This document shows, piece after piece, positions 42,209 to 53,203 of a DNA stretch of 64,000 nt (positions are counted from its first letter, which is position 1; each line of letters starts with the position of its first letter). This DNA is from an uncultured Actinomycetota bacterium. GTDB lineage: Bacteria; Actinomycetota; Actinomycetes; Propionibacteriales; Propionibacteriaceae. Where the stretch lies: positions 94,142 to 158,141 of the forward strand of contig CAVWIA010000001.1 of NCBI GenBank assembly GCA_963754965.1, given 5' to 3'. The notes under the pieces are model-generated. The model was given only the letters and a program-made list of their open reading frames with translations, was not told the origin of the DNA and searched no databases. Both the position numbers and the translations under genes were made by a program.

Positions 42209-42680
42209 GGGACTAACCGGGATAGCACCGATGACCTCGCCTAATCGTCGCCGCACCTATTATTTGCAATTGAGATTGAACGACTGGAGAGCTAACTGCC
42301 AAGCTCTCCCCTGCTTCATAGGCTTCGATTCCTATTGGGGCAGGGCAGGTACCTACGTGCAAGGCCAACGGTGCGGCAGGGGGAGGGCCAAAAGCGCCGG
42401 AACTCGCAAATGCGCGCAAGTTGGGTTCCAGCTGGCGCCCATCGGTGCTCAATACCTCGATGCCCAAGTCCTCACTTCTCGCTTCCGCAGTCCTTTGATG
42501 CGGGAGTATCAGAGTTCGATTCGCGAGACTCTCTAAGGCTGGCCGGGACACCAAGCTGCGGCTCCAGGCGGAGGAGGGACGGTGGCCACTGACAACGCGC
42601 TCATCGTTCGATGCGTCCTGTCGTTCGTCTTGCCCCGAAGGACGTCCGTCGAGCCGAGCCCTCTCTGGGAAAGTGGCGTC

Positions 42681-43353
42681 ATGCAGTCCGCGTTCATCCT
42701 GGTGCACACCCGTCCGTCGGTCCCCTGACGTGGGGACCCGTCGCGGACGCACTGGCTATGCGAAGCACGAAAGGGTGATCCCTCGCTTCTTGGGGTGGCT
42801 GACGCGGATCCACCCTTCTGGCCCCGGGGTGGTGGATGCGGCCAATGCGCGCTGCTCGTGGCGCAACGCAGGCCTGTTCATGCCGTTGCTGGTCAGGCAC
42901 GCCGTCCGGCCCGTCCGGTGCTGCCTGTTCGTCGATGCCCGCGCGTCCCGCTCGAGCCCGCCAGACGCCAGCCGCGCCGACCGAGCTGCGGGACTTCCTG
43001 TGCGGCAAGGTGACCGATGGGCGGCTCCGCCGTGGACCGAGTGGTGGGGCGAGGCGGACGTCTCCCATCTTCCCCGACGCAACAACGCGGGCGGCGGTGA
43101 CCGCAGAAGAACCGCGGCTGCCGTTCGCGTACTACGAACAGTCAGTCCCCGTTCCCACTCGCTGGGACGACGACGTGGCCTGCGGCAACTTGCTCTTCGA
43201 TCCGTCATCGAATAAATGGCGGCCGACGCTCGCAGCCGAGGTTCGCTCGTCCAGGAGCTGGCCGGACAGCACCTTCACCAGCTCGTCGACCCAGAGGCCA
43301 CCGCCGACCGGCTGATCACAATGGCGGACAGCCTTGCCCTGCACGATACGTGA
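42681..43353 (+). pseudogene. Degraded alpha/beta hydrolase
   Basis: Pieces in several frames: FILVH, NAGLFMP, CLFVDAR, WTEWWGEADV, EPRLPFAYYEQSVPVP, HLHQLVDP. Confidence 0.6.
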
Positions 43354-43439
43354 CGGCCTGTCCCGTAAACCGACCGTGTTCTGGCTGGCCTTCCTGTCCG
43401 CTCGTGACTGTTTGACCACACCGGGGCGCGGTTCACGCC

Positions 43440-44042
43440 TCAGCGCACCACCGGGAACACGATGTGGGTGACGCGATCGCTCTGGATGCATGTGGTTGGG
43501 TTACCGAGCAACACGTCCTGCGACGACAACTTGCCGAAGAAGGGACGGTTCCCTTCGCCCATAACGACCGGCACCAGGTCGACCGCAACCTCGTCGAGCA
43601 AGCCCAGCTCCAGGCACTGCCGGGCGATGGTGCCGCCGGCGACTGTCACGGTCCGGTCTGCGGCGATCTCCTGGGCCCGCGCGACGGCGACTGCGACCCC
43701 GTCGGTCACGAAGGTGAACGGCGCGTCGGGATGCGGCTTCGACCCAGTCCGTCGGGACCCGTGCGTCACGACGACGACGGGGATGTCCAGGGTGTGGCGA
43801 CCCTGCCAGCCCTCGGCCACGTCGAACAGCGTGCGGCCGCAGACCAGCGCCCCCAGCGAGGACACCCATCGCCGCCAGTGCTGTGAGCTGAGCGAGGTGA
43901 GGTGGACGGTGAAGTCGCCGGCGGGGGTCGGGATGGCGATGTCGCCGTTTTGCAGCCAGTCGAATAGCCGGCCGATGGTGTTGTCCGGCTTGGCGATGTA
44001 CCCGTCCAGGGACATGATCGCCTGCGCTTGCACGGTGCCCAT
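43440..44042 (-). CDS. DHFR/RibD C-terminal family protein
   Basis: MSLDGYIA, LVCGRTLFD, FTFVTDGV, GLLDEVAVDLVPVVMGEG. Confidence 0.88.
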   Translation of the reverse strand: MGTVQAQAIMSLDGYIAKPDNTIGRLFDWLQNGDIAIPTPAGDFTVHLTSLSSQHWRRWVSSLGALVCGRTLFDVAEGWQGRHTLDIPVVVVTHGSRRTGSKPHPDAPFTFVTDGVAVAVARAQEIAADRTVTVAGGTIARQCLELGLLDEVAVDLVPVVMGEGNRPFFGKLSSQDVLLGNPTTCIQSDRVTHIVFPVVR

Positions 44043-44054
44043 GGAGCCCGCCTC

Positions 44055-44606
44055 TCAGCTGCGCTGCGGTCGGTAGATCTGCACGATGATGCCGCTCGGA
44101 AACGGTGTCGCCTCGAGCAGGTCCAGGTGCCGCGACTCCGGCAGCTGCTCGAAGAGGGCTTGTCCGCGGCCCAGGACCAACGGCTGGACCAGGAGGCGGT
44201 ACTCGTCGATCAGGTCCGCCGCCGCGAGCGCACCGGCGAATCGGCACCGCCCCAGACGATGACGTCCGAGCCGGGCTCGGACTTGATGTCGGCGATCTCG
44301 GTCGCCAGGTCGCCCCGCGCGACCCGGGTGACCGGCCAGCTCGCCTCGTCGTCGGTGAGCGTCTGGGAGAACACGATCTTGGGGATGTCGTTCATCGGCC
44401 CGGCGTACGGGTCGTCCGACCCTGGCCAGTACGACGACATCTCCTGGTAGGTCGACGCGGCCCATCAGGTGGGCACCGGCTTGGCTGATCCGGTCCAGCT
44501 TCCACTGCTTCACCTCGGCGTCCGCGATCGCGACGCCGGGGTGCTCTCGGTCGCTGCCGACGAACCCGTCCAGCGACATCGACATGTACGCGATGACGTT
44601 CCGCAT
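44055..44606 (-). CDS. DHFR/RibD C-terminal family protein (apparent indels at ~44450 and ~44240)
   Basis: MSMSLDGFV, HLMGR, MNDIPKIVFSQTL, LIDEYRLLVQPLVLGRG. Confidence 0.8.
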   Translation of the reverse strand: MRNVIAYMSMSLDGFVGSDREHPGVAIADAEVKQWKLDRISQAGAHLMGRVDLPGDVVVLARVGRPVRRADERHPQDRVLPDAHRRRGELAGHPGRAGRPGDRDRRHQVRARLGRHRLGRCRFAGALAAADLIDEYRLLVQPLVLGRGQALFEQLPESRHLDLLEATPFPSGIIVQIYRPQRS

Positions 44607-44654
44607 GACACCTCTCATCCCTTGTGTGCTCAATCAAGCGGGGTGTTGGTACTG

Positions 44655-45269
44655 CTAGTGACCGATCCCGAGACGAAAAGTCATCGCAGTGGACGGTCCA
44701 GCGGATCGTGAGACCATCTCCGACGCCACTGACATCCCGCGAGGCGACCCTGAACCGGCATGGCGATGCACTGCATCGGCTCGTGGCTCTTTGGTGAGGA
44801 CTGTTGCCGGCTCGAACTCGCGGTCCACCGTCTCATAGATCCGCCACCCGCATCGCTGGTAGAAGCCGACCGCCGACCCTCCTGTGGCAACCCACAACTG
44901 CTGGTAACCGTGCCGATGTGTCCACGTCTCAAGGTGCGTGAGCAGAAGCCGTCCGATCCCTGCTCCGCGACGGTCGGGCCGAACGATCATGCCCAGCAGC
45001 CACGGTGAGCGGTCGCGGCGTTCCTCGATGTCGAACTGACCGAGACCGACCGCGCCTAACGCTCCACTCTGGTCGCTTGCGACCCACGTCATGGGAAGCC
45101 CGCTACTTCCGGCCTCGCGAACCGTGGCGGCATGCCACCAGTTCCAGTCGATGGGTTCAGGAGCATGTCCCCACTCCAGCCAGCGAAGATCGGTCACCGC
45201 GTCAAGTAGGTCGGCTCTGTCGGCTAAGAGATGAACGACAGGCTCCGCGGACGCGGTTTCCTCAGTCAC
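44655..45269 (-). CDS. GNAT family N-acetyltransferase
   Basis: PWLLGMIVRPDRRGAGIGRLLL (motif A), AVGFYQRCGW. Confidence 0.85.
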   Translation of the reverse strand: MTEETASAEPVVHLLADRADLLDAVTDLRWLEWGHAPEPIDWNWWHAATVREAGSSGLPMTWVASDQSGALGAVGLGQFDIEERRDRSPWLLGMIVRPDRRGAGIGRLLLTHLETWTHRHGYQQLWVATGGSAVGFYQRCGWRIYETVDREFEPATVLTKEPRADAVHRHAGSGSPRGMSVASEMVSRSAGPSTAMTFRLGIGH

Positions 45270-45818
45270 GGCTACCTAACACACGACACCGCTGCGGGAA
45301 ACGCAAGCGCTGCGCTCCCCTGTGCCGTTGGCGGACGGGCCTGTGAACCCGGACCTTGGCCGCCCCGTACGCGGCGGCCTTCTGGTGCGTAGTCGATTCG
45401 GTCCCCAGCGGTACGCCTTGGACCGCTAATAGCGTCGACGCACGGCAAGTCGTCGATGGTCTGGAGTTCCTTCCGCTCCTCCTTGGCCCGGTCCGGGATC
45501 CGGTCGAACTCGCGGCCGTGCCGCGGGTTTACCAGGCCGCTGCTGCTGGACGGCTCCTCCGGATGGCCGGCGGTACTGCTTGGCGACGAGGGCGCAGGAA
45601 GTGGAGGCGGTCACGCCGTCTCGCCCAGGTCGCCTTGTTTCTGGTTCTTGAACCGCGCTGGAGTTGCGCCCATCAATGGCGGGCGCTGTTGTAGGACCAT
45701 CCGTTGGTCCTCGACGTTCGGCTTCTTCGCTTCGGGTCGGTCGGGCTGCTCGATCCGACCACCAACCTCGTGGACGCGGGGCCCCAGGAGCTATTTCAGG
45801 CCGATCTGGTCGCGTGGA

Positions 45819-47054
45819 TCATCCGTCGCTCGCCAGGGCGGCGGCACGGCTCGCGACGAGCAGGTAGGTCATCATGCTGCTCTTGCCCTTGACCGGGATG
45901 GAGCCGCGCGATTCGCACTCGTATGCGTCCTTGATGAGCTCATAGGTTGCCGGGCTTACCTGGATTGATCCGGGGACTCCCTCGGACTCCATTCGGCTGG
46001 CGGTATTGACCGTGTCGCCCCACAGGTCGTAGGAGAACTTGTGTGTCCCGATGATCCCTGCGGTCACTGGACCGGAATTGATGCCGATTCGAAGCGACAG
46101 CCGGTGGCCCTGGATCGAGTTGGTCTTAAGGTGATCCCGCATCCGCAGCGCCAGTTCCGCCATTGCGTGGGCATGATCCGGCCGCGGACGTGGGACTCCG
46201 GCGGCGGCCATGTACTCATCGCCCACCGTCTTGATCTTCTCCAATCCAAGGTCGGCGACGAAGCCATCGAACGTGGTGAACACCTCGCTCAGTAGTCCCA
46301 CCAGTCCGGCCGGAGACATCTCGGCGGACATCGGGGTGAAACCGACGACGTCAGCGAACAGCACCGAGGCCGAGGGGACGTCGTCGGCGATCATCGTGTT
46401 CCCATCCTTGAGTCGCGCCGCGATCTCGTCCGGAAGGATGTTGTGGAGCAGGTCGTCGGATCGCTTCTGGTATCGATCCCGCTGGCGAACGAAGTACGCG
46501 AGGACGGCGATGGTGAGGATGCCGGTGGTGATGAGGTTGAAGGCCGCGTTGGCTGCTGGGTTCGACAGCTCGTAAATGGGATCAGCCCAGTTGGGGACCA
46601 ACACCGCGTACACCACAGCTACGGCGAAGGCCGCCAGCCACCAGATGGCCGCCCTTAGGCTGATGGCGATCATGGAAGCAAACGCGTAAGGCATGGTGAA
46701 CATCACAAGAAGCCCGGACGGCAGGAGGCCACCGAACATCGCGGTCTCAACGAGTTGGGTCGCATAGGCCACGACAAATAGCAGGGTGACGAGCGTCGCG
46801 AACCAACGGGGCCTGAGCCAGATCGCGACCAGGATAAGTGGCGACAGGACGAAGTTGAAGAAGTCCATGACGGCGACCCACGTGTAGCCAGCGTCGATAT
46901 CGGCGAAGACCTGCGGCGTGCTGAAAATGGTGCCGAGGATGAAGGCAACGATGAAGACGCGCCGTCCGCCCCGCCGTATCTCGGGCTCTCCCGGATACGA
47001 GCCAATGGAAAGGATTGGTTCGAGGCTCCGTCTCCACTTGGGCGTGTCAGGCAT
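45819..47054 (-). CDS. Membrane-bound class III adenylate/guanylate cyclase
   Basis: About 6 TM helices, then SDDLLHNILP, SVLFADVVGFT, EKIKTVGDEYM, RIGINSG, SYDLWGDTVNTASRME; K and D specificity residues suggest ATP as substrate. Confidence 0.93.
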   Translation of the reverse strand: MPDTPKWRRSLEPILSIGSYPGEPEIRRGGRRVFIVAFILGTIFSTPQVFADIDAGYTWVAVMDFFNFVLSPLILVAIWLRPRWFATLVTLLFVVAYATQLVETAMFGGLLPSGLLVMFTMPYAFASMIAISLRAAIWWLAAFAVAVVYAVLVPNWADPIYELSNPAANAAFNLITTGILTIAVLAYFVRQRDRYQKRSDDLLHNILPDEIAARLKDGNTMIADDVPSASVLFADVVGFTPMSAEMSPAGLVGLLSEVFTTFDGFVADLGLEKIKTVGDEYMAAAGVPRPRPDHAHAMAELALRMRDHLKTNSIQGHRLSLRIGINSGPVTAGIIGTHKFSYDLWGDTVNTASRMESEGVPGSIQVSPATYELIKDAYECESRGSIPVKGKSSMMTYLLVASRAAALASDG

Positions 47055-47513
47055 CCCCTCCCCTTTCCTCGGCAGCCGGCAGCGGGTCGCTGCTTGGCCT
47101 GCAGTGCGTCCAGGCCGCCTTCGAGACGATCGCAGGATCATGGCCGCCTCGAGCAACTGCTCGGCACCGAGCGGTGCTGGCACTGCGGGATGCGCTGACC
47201 GCATTATCGCCGCCGAAAGTGCGAACGCGGCGGGCCGTGGTGCCGGTGGCAACGAGCCTAACCCTGCGCTGATAACTCGGTTCCTGAAGAGCTCGCGAGG
47301 CCCAGAAGCGACCGCCTCCCGAAACGCGTTCCAGCCGAACCTTGTTACACCTGGAAGCGGATGAGCAGCCAAACCCCGGTGATCCGTAGGGGACAGCTTG
47401 CCGGACGGGTGATCGAGCCGCGGCGTCTCGGACAGTCGCTCTTGAGGACGGGCCAGCGGACGTTCGTAAGCGGAACGCGATCCGGAACCGGATGGGCTCC
47501 GCGAGCCGCGGTA

Positions 47514-48299
47514 CTAGATGCTTCCACGTCGCCCGCCGATGTCGAGGCTCCCTGATGCGGTCGTCGCAGGGTCACGTGCTACGCGAGCACGTCGCAGCAT
47601 CACGATCCCCGTCGCCACCAGCCAGAGCTGCGCGATAACCGAGCCCAGCACCCCGTACAGCAGGAAGCCGGGAAACAGGCTGGGGATGAGGAACAGCCCA
47701 ACCGCAGCAAGCATCGTTGCCCCGCCGATCACAAGCCCAGTCCAGCCCAGCCAGGACGGGTAGCGATCAAGCACCATCGCGATCCCGAACAGCAGGAGTG
47801 GAACACCGATCATCAAGGCCATCGCCACCAGAGACGGTCCGTGAGTAACTACCGCCACAGCACGGGCGGCACGAACAAATTCGACGCGTTGAGCGGGGTC
47901 GACCTTCGACGCGGCGTCGGCCAGCTCTGGTAAGGCCAGACCTTCGCTTGTGCTCTCAACGCCGAAGATGGCAAGCCCGACCATTGCGCTCACCACCGCC
48001 GCCTGCCCAATCAACCATGACCCCGGACGATCAAACGACCGGGTCAGCCCGAGCAGCCCTATCACGACAACCAAGGCGGCCAGCACGGCGAACACATGCA
48101 CAGTCGGATAGATCGGCCGATTCCGCACGAAGTTCAGCGCCGCTTCGGCCTCCGCCGCCGGGGTATCGCCATGAAGCAGCCGCCATATGGCGAAGACAAC
48201 TGCACCAACAATGAGGCAAATGCCGCCCGTCTTGAGATTGAGAGCGGCGTCCGCCGCCGGACCGACCCGCGGACCAGCCGCCCCAGCTTCGACCGTCAT
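47514..48299 (-). CDS. Multi-pass membrane protein (DUF4386-like)
   Basis: GGAGGG RBS; 5-6 hydrophobic helices; YPSWLGW motif. Confidence 0.7.
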   Translation of the reverse strand: MTVEAGAAGPRVGPAADAALNLKTGGICLIVGAVVFAIWRLLHGDTPAAEAEAALNFVRNRPIYPTVHVFAVLAALVVVIGLLGLTRSFDRPGSWLIGQAAVVSAMVGLAIFGVESTSEGLALPELADAASKVDPAQRVEFVRAARAVAVVTHGPSLVAMALMIGVPLLLFGIAMVLDRYPSWLGWTGLVIGGATMLAAVGLFLIPSLFPGFLLYGVLGSVIAQLWLVATGIVMLRRARVARDPATTASGSLDIGGRRGSI

Positions 48300-48569
48300 C
48301 GTTCCCTCCTTTGTTGCTACCTCCTTTCCCACCTATTAACACGGATACTTCTGTCGACCCAAGGAGCGATAGGTGCAGCTGCGGAGAGCGACCGACATCC
48401 GCGCCGTGGACGTGACCACCGACAAAGCGATTCTGTAGAACGAGGCATCCGCTGAGCCGATTTGCTGTCCTGCCATCCCCCGTCACGTCCCGCGGCGGTG
48501 TAGAGGAACCGCCCGTACGACCCGTCCGCTGTGCTGCCCGAAAGCGGGGCCCTAAGTGGAGAGGTCCCG

Positions 48570-48690
48570 CCGCCGTACCAGAACTTGGGGAAGCCGGGCA
48601 GCAGAACGATCAGCGGTCCGTCACCGGCCTCGACGTAATCCAATCGGACATCACCGATCTCGGCGCAGCCTTCACTAAGTCGGCTGAGCC
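48570..48690 (-). pseudogene. N-terminal fragment of an epoxide-hydrolase-like alpha/beta hydrolase
   Basis: AEIGDVRLDYVEAGDGPLIVLLPGFPKFWY, then abrupt loss of homology. Confidence 0.65.
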
Positions 48691-48814
48691 AGCGGGCGGC
48701 TCGTCCTCTTTCAAGCACTTTGCGCAGCCTCAGTCCGCCCTTCTGTTTCAAGCACTCCCCACGCCTCATCCCTTGCGGAGTGGGGCTGTGCGTATTCGTC
48801 TACCGAAAGGCTCC

Positions 48815-49819
48815 TTAGCCGAATGTAAATACGTATGCCTCGACGCCGGGGGCGAGGAAGGTGATCTCAAACGTACGGTCGATGATCGTTCCCGGCTGAC
48901 GAATCAGCTGATATAGCCGTTGTAGGGCTACGGTTCCGCGGCCTTGTTCGTCGGTGTCGAGGCCGTGAGCATCGCCGGGACTTTCACCGTCGATCAGTAC
49001 ACGGAACATCACCGAAGCACCCTGCGGGCGCGGTCCCATGACGAGGTGGACGTCGCGGGCGTGGAAGCGGAAGAGGATTCGGCCGCCGGCGCGGTCGAGC
49101 ACGATCGTCCGACGCTCGATCGTCCAATCCCCTTCGAGAGCCCAATCGTTCAGATTCAACCGGTCGGGCGCGACGTAGGTGTGGGTTTGGTCGAGGACTG
49201 AACTGTCGCGAGATGCGAAGCCTCGTGCTTGCTCGTAGCCGAGGTAGGTCTCAGGAGACTTTAGGCTCGCCCAGTCGGCGTGAGCCTCCAAACCGTCGGG
49301 AGCGACCGACACCAGGTCATGGGGTACGGTGTCGCGTCCGGACTCGCCGAGGAGCCGCTGGATGACCATTTCGCATTCTGCGTATCCGCCCTCGCCGAAT
49401 TGGTGGTGCCGGATTCGCCCTTCCGCGTCGGCGATGTACGCGGCCGGCCAAAATCTGTTGGCGAACGCTTCCCAAATCGCATACTCGCTGTCGAGTGCGA
49501 CGGGATAGCCGACGGCCATGGCCTTGACCGCCTCGCGCACATTGCCAACGTCGCGTTCAAACGGGAACTCCGGAGTGTGGACACCGACCACGACCAACCC
49601 CTGATCCTGGTACTTCTCCGCCCACGCGCGGACATAGGCGAGTGTGCGCAGCCAGTTGATGCAGGTATAGGTCCAGAAGTCGACAAGAACGATCTTCCCC
49701 TGCAGGTCCGCCGCGCCGAGCGGGGGCGAGTTGAGCCAGCCGCTAGCCCCGTCGAAACCTGGGAGGTGACCCTCGACCGACAATGCGCCCGCAGTGCGAA
49801 GCCTGCTAAAGAAGCTCAC
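48815..49819 (-). CDS. Redoxin/thioredoxin-fold protein resembling the DipZ C-terminal region
   Basis: WLNSPPL..LQGKIVLVDFWTYTCINW, GVHTPEFPFE, SPETYLGY, RLYQLIRQ, AYVFTFG. Confidence 0.88.
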   Translation of the reverse strand: MSFFSRLRTAGALSVEGHLPGFDGASGWLNSPPLGAADLQGKIVLVDFWTYTCINWLRTLAYVRAWAEKYQDQGLVVVGVHTPEFPFERDVGNVREAVKAMAVGYPVALDSEYAIWEAFANRFWPAAYIADAEGRIRHHQFGEGGYAECEMVIQRLLGESGRDTVPHDLVSVAPDGLEAHADWASLKSPETYLGYEQARGFASRDSSVLDQTHTYVAPDRLNLNDWALEGDWTIERRTIVLDRAGGRILFRFHARDVHLVMGPRPQGASVMFRVLIDGESPGDAHGLDTDEQGRGTVALQRLYQLIRQPGTIIDRTFEITFLAPGVEAYVFTFG

Positions 49820-50359
49820 GCCAGTCCTCCTCCGACTCCGAGTATGGCGTCGGTGAACGCGTCCGGGGCTTCTGGGGGCACGTTGTGTCCGATGCCTTCC
49901 AGGACTCGATGCGAGTACGCGCACCCGAGAACTTCTCCGCATAGGCACGTCCGTCCGCAGCGGCCCCGTCGAAGTCGCTGCCGATGGTGACCGTTGGCAC
50001 CGTGATCATGGACGTTCGAACAGCCGGGCTTCCGGGTCGCCGTACTGCGGCCCTCCTTGCGCGAGGCTCAGCCGCCAGCGGTAATTGTGGATGACGATGT
50101 CAACGTGATCGGGATTGTCGAAGGATGCAGCGGTGCGCTCGAACGTGCCGTCGTCGAAGTCCCAGTTCGGCGATGCGATATGCCAGATCAGCTTGTTGAA
50201 CTCGCGCCGGTTCTCCCTGTAACCGAGGCGGCTCGCGGCAGGGCTAACGTCGACGTAGCCGACATTCAAGAGGCCGGCATCGATCTGGCGAAGCGGGCCA
50301 AAGGAGCTGCTCGGCACGGCGGCGGAGAAGTCCGAAGAGGCTTCGACCGACGTCTGCAT
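49816..50359 (-). pseudogene. Internally deleted alpha/beta hydrolase
   Basis: LRQIDAGLLNVGY joined directly to FNKLIW..ASP.W.FDD..FDNPDHV.IVIHNYRWRL, then ITVPT and GIGHNVP; catalytic core missing. Confidence 0.75.
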
Positions 50360-50409
50360 GCCCTAACGTTCGGAGACCGAGCCCACGGCCGCCAGCCAAA
50401 GCACGGAGA

Positions 50410-51600
50410 TCAACGCAGGGACCGGAAGGTGTCGCGCAGCTCCTGCGAGAGGATCTGCGGCTGCTCCCAGGCGGCGAAGTGCCCGCCCTTCTCGGCTCGG
50501 TTGTAGTGAACGAGCTTCGGGTACGCCTTCTCGGCCCAGCTCTGCGGAGCCGGATAGAGCTCGTCGGGGAAGACAGTCACGCCGACCGGGATCTCGACGC
50601 CCTTGACGTCGAAGAAGGCTAGATGGCTCTCCCAATAGAGGCGAGCCGAGGAGACCGCCGTGTTCGTCAGCCAGTAGTGGGTGACGTTGTCGAGGACGTC
50701 ATCTCGCGAGAGGCCTCCCGGATCTCCGGTGAACGCGCGTGCGATGAGCTGGTAGCTGCGCTCGTCGTGATCGAGCATCCAGGCCGCCAGACCGACCGGC
50801 GAGTCTGCGATGGCGTAGAGCGTCTGTGGCCGGTTCGCCATCTCGTTGGCGTAGCCCACGCCGGTCGCAAAGAAGTGCTTCAGGATCTCGTATGCCTCCT
50901 CCTCGTCGCCGGAGAGGCCGTCTGGCTTGAGACCGCCGGTGGCGAGCGCCTTCGAGACATCAGGCGGGACGGTGGCTGGCATGTTGGTGTGAATGCCCAG
51001 CAGTCCGGGGGGCTTCAACAGAGCCAACTGCTCAGTGACGGCATTCCCCCAGTCGCCGCCTTGGGCGACATAACGGGTGTACCCGAGGCGCTCCATCAGC
51101 ACCACCCAGGCCTTGGCGATGCGGATCGGATCCCAGCCGGTCTCGCGCGGCTTGCCTGAGAACCCATGGCCGGGCAGTGACGGAATCACCAGATGGAACG
51201 CATCCGCGGAGTCGGCTCCGTGCGCTGTGGGATCGATGAGCGGATCGATGATCTTGAGCTGCTCGATGGTCGAGCCCGGCCACCCGTGGGTCACGATGAG
51301 CGGCAGCGCATCCTCATGCTCAGAGCGCACGTGGATGAAGTGGATATCCACCCCGTCGATCTCGGTGATGAAGTGCGGCAGGGCCGCGAAGCGCTCCTCG
51401 AACTTGCGCCAGTCGTAATCCGTGGCCCAATAGGCGGCCAATACCTGAATCGTCTCAAGCTGCACGCCTTGCGAGGCATCCGTCTCCCGGTCGGGCCAGC
51501 GCGTCGCCGCTATCCGTCGACGGAGGTCTGCCAGCTCGTCCTCCGGAATGCTGACGTTGAACGGGCGAATCTCGATGCCGCTTTCTACAGTGCTAGTCAT
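50410..51600 (-). CDS. Epoxide hydrolase (EHN + alpha/beta hydrolase)
   Basis: IRPFNV...DLRRRIAATRWP, LIVTHGWPGS, PSLPGHGFS, YVAQGGDWG, GGHFAAWEQP. Confidence 0.93.
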   Translation of the reverse strand: MTSTVESGIEIRPFNVSIPEDELADLRRRIAATRWPDRETDASQGVQLETIQVLAAYWATDYDWRKFEERFAALPHFITEIDGVDIHFIHVRSEHEDALPLIVTHGWPGSTIEQLKIIDPLIDPTAHGADSADAFHLVIPSLPGHGFSGKPRETGWDPIRIAKAWVVLMERLGYTRYVAQGGDWGNAVTEQLALLKPPGLLGIHTNMPATVPPDVSKALATGGLKPDGLSGDEEEAYEILKHFFATGVGYANEMANRPQTLYAIADSPVGLAAWMLDHDERSYQLIARAFTGDPGGLSRDDVLDNVTHYWLTNTAVSSARLYWESHLAFFDVKGVEIPVGVTVFPDELYPAPQSWAEKAYPKLVHYNRAEKGGHFAAWEQPQILSQELRDTFRSLR

Positions 51601-52629
51601 GACGACCTCCGTGACTGGTGGGCCGGGTTGAACGACAACGACGCGAAATGGGTAGATTGTGCCCGAAGCCGACGCTGGAGCGGTCCGTTTACAGCTTGTC
51701 CTCGCCGGCCGGAGCCGGACTCCGAATCAGCCGCTTCGGTCTCGACTTGCTTCCTGCGAATCTACTCACAGTACTGCTGCCCACGACGGATGACCAAGCA
51801 GCGGGACCAGACGTCAAGGATTCACCGTTTGGCATTACGCAGCAACGCGATACATCGCCAGGTTCCGCTTTTGTTGCTGCAGTTTCGTGCTGCAGGTTCG
51901 CTACAAGCGCGAGCCCGCGCGGAAGGCTGCCAGGACAGTACCTGCTCCATTCGACGTCGAGAGCCCACTTTTGGCGACGACGGTGCTTCGTCGTGCTCAC
52001 GGGGGTGGTGCGGCCGGGACTGTTCCGGCTGTGCCCGTATATCGGCATGGTGGTGAGCCGGCGGCTGGTCAGCGTCAGAACCGGCAGACACACGGCTCTA
52101 CGCAGTCGGCGCCCGCCGAGTTCGTCACGTAACGAACATCCACTGGATACAGGTCCTGTCAAGACTTCAGTGACGACCTCGGCCCGAAGTTCGGTTGCGA
52201 CAGGGCAGGCGTGGCCTGCAAGCGCTGCGTAGCGCCGGAGGTACGCGATGTCAGGACAGGTCCGAGCGCCGCCTGCCGAGCGCCTCTCGCCGGACGACAG
52301 CAGGGCTACCGCCCCCGGCTTGCTCTTCGAGGATGGCCTGCTTCTCAGCAGCGCGATAGGTGTTCAACTCCAGCCGCCACTCTGCCGCGAGCTCATTTTC
52401 CCCGATGGCCTCTGCCTCGGCGATATCGGTCAAGAGCTCCTGCTCGAAGGCGTCAGCCACAATGTGAAGTTTAGCGGCTCTTCGGATCTGAGCATGGGTG
52501 AGGCTGGGCTTTCGGTCGGCGTGTTGATCAAGGAGTGAGGACGTCGGGCCCTTCAGGATCGGTAGCGACCAAGCAACTGAATTCCGAAGGACCCGACGGT
52601 GCCTCAAACGCCGCAGCAGGCGGCGGAAC

Positions 52630-52860
52630 CGCCACCCGCCGGCACGGGGCCCATCGCGTAGCGCGGCAGGCGCTCGCATTTTCGCACCGGGCCAGCGATG
52701 CCCACACCGGGTTCGTCAGCGGCGCACCGGCGATCCTGGTGATACCTCACGCGCGTCTCGCGACGGTCATCACCTTCGCGATTACCAACGGCAAGATCGT
52801 CGCGATCGACGTGATCGCAGACGCACAGCGCCTCGGCCAACTCAACATCGAATCCCCCTC
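52630..52860 (+). pseudogene. C-terminal (SnoaL-like) fragment of an ECF41/SigJ-type sigma factor
   Basis: HGAHRVARQALAF...VSGAPAIL...FAITNGKIVAIDVIADAQRL. Confidence 0.6.
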
Positions 52861-53203
52861 CTCGCCAGGTCGTGTCGATGTCGATCACGTGTGGCGGTCT
52901 ATCCATCATCCGAGGCTCAGATAAAAGCTGACCTCCTCTGGGGGTGCAACTATTCGCGGCTGGGCAGGCACGAACGACGCTCAACGAGGCAAGCTCCGCC
53001 ACCTTGCAAGCAGTGGGTTAGGGCTTGAGTCCCGTTGGCTCGACCCAAGTCAACCCTCTTCCGGCGAATCGGCTCGGCTGCGACTGAGGAAGTTCACTGC
53101 AGATTGCGGCAGCTAGAACACCATCTGATGTCCGATCGACTCCGTGCGGCTGGCCATCCGGCAGCACGGACCGATAGCCTGGAACGCTGGGAAAAGGGGC
53201 AGC

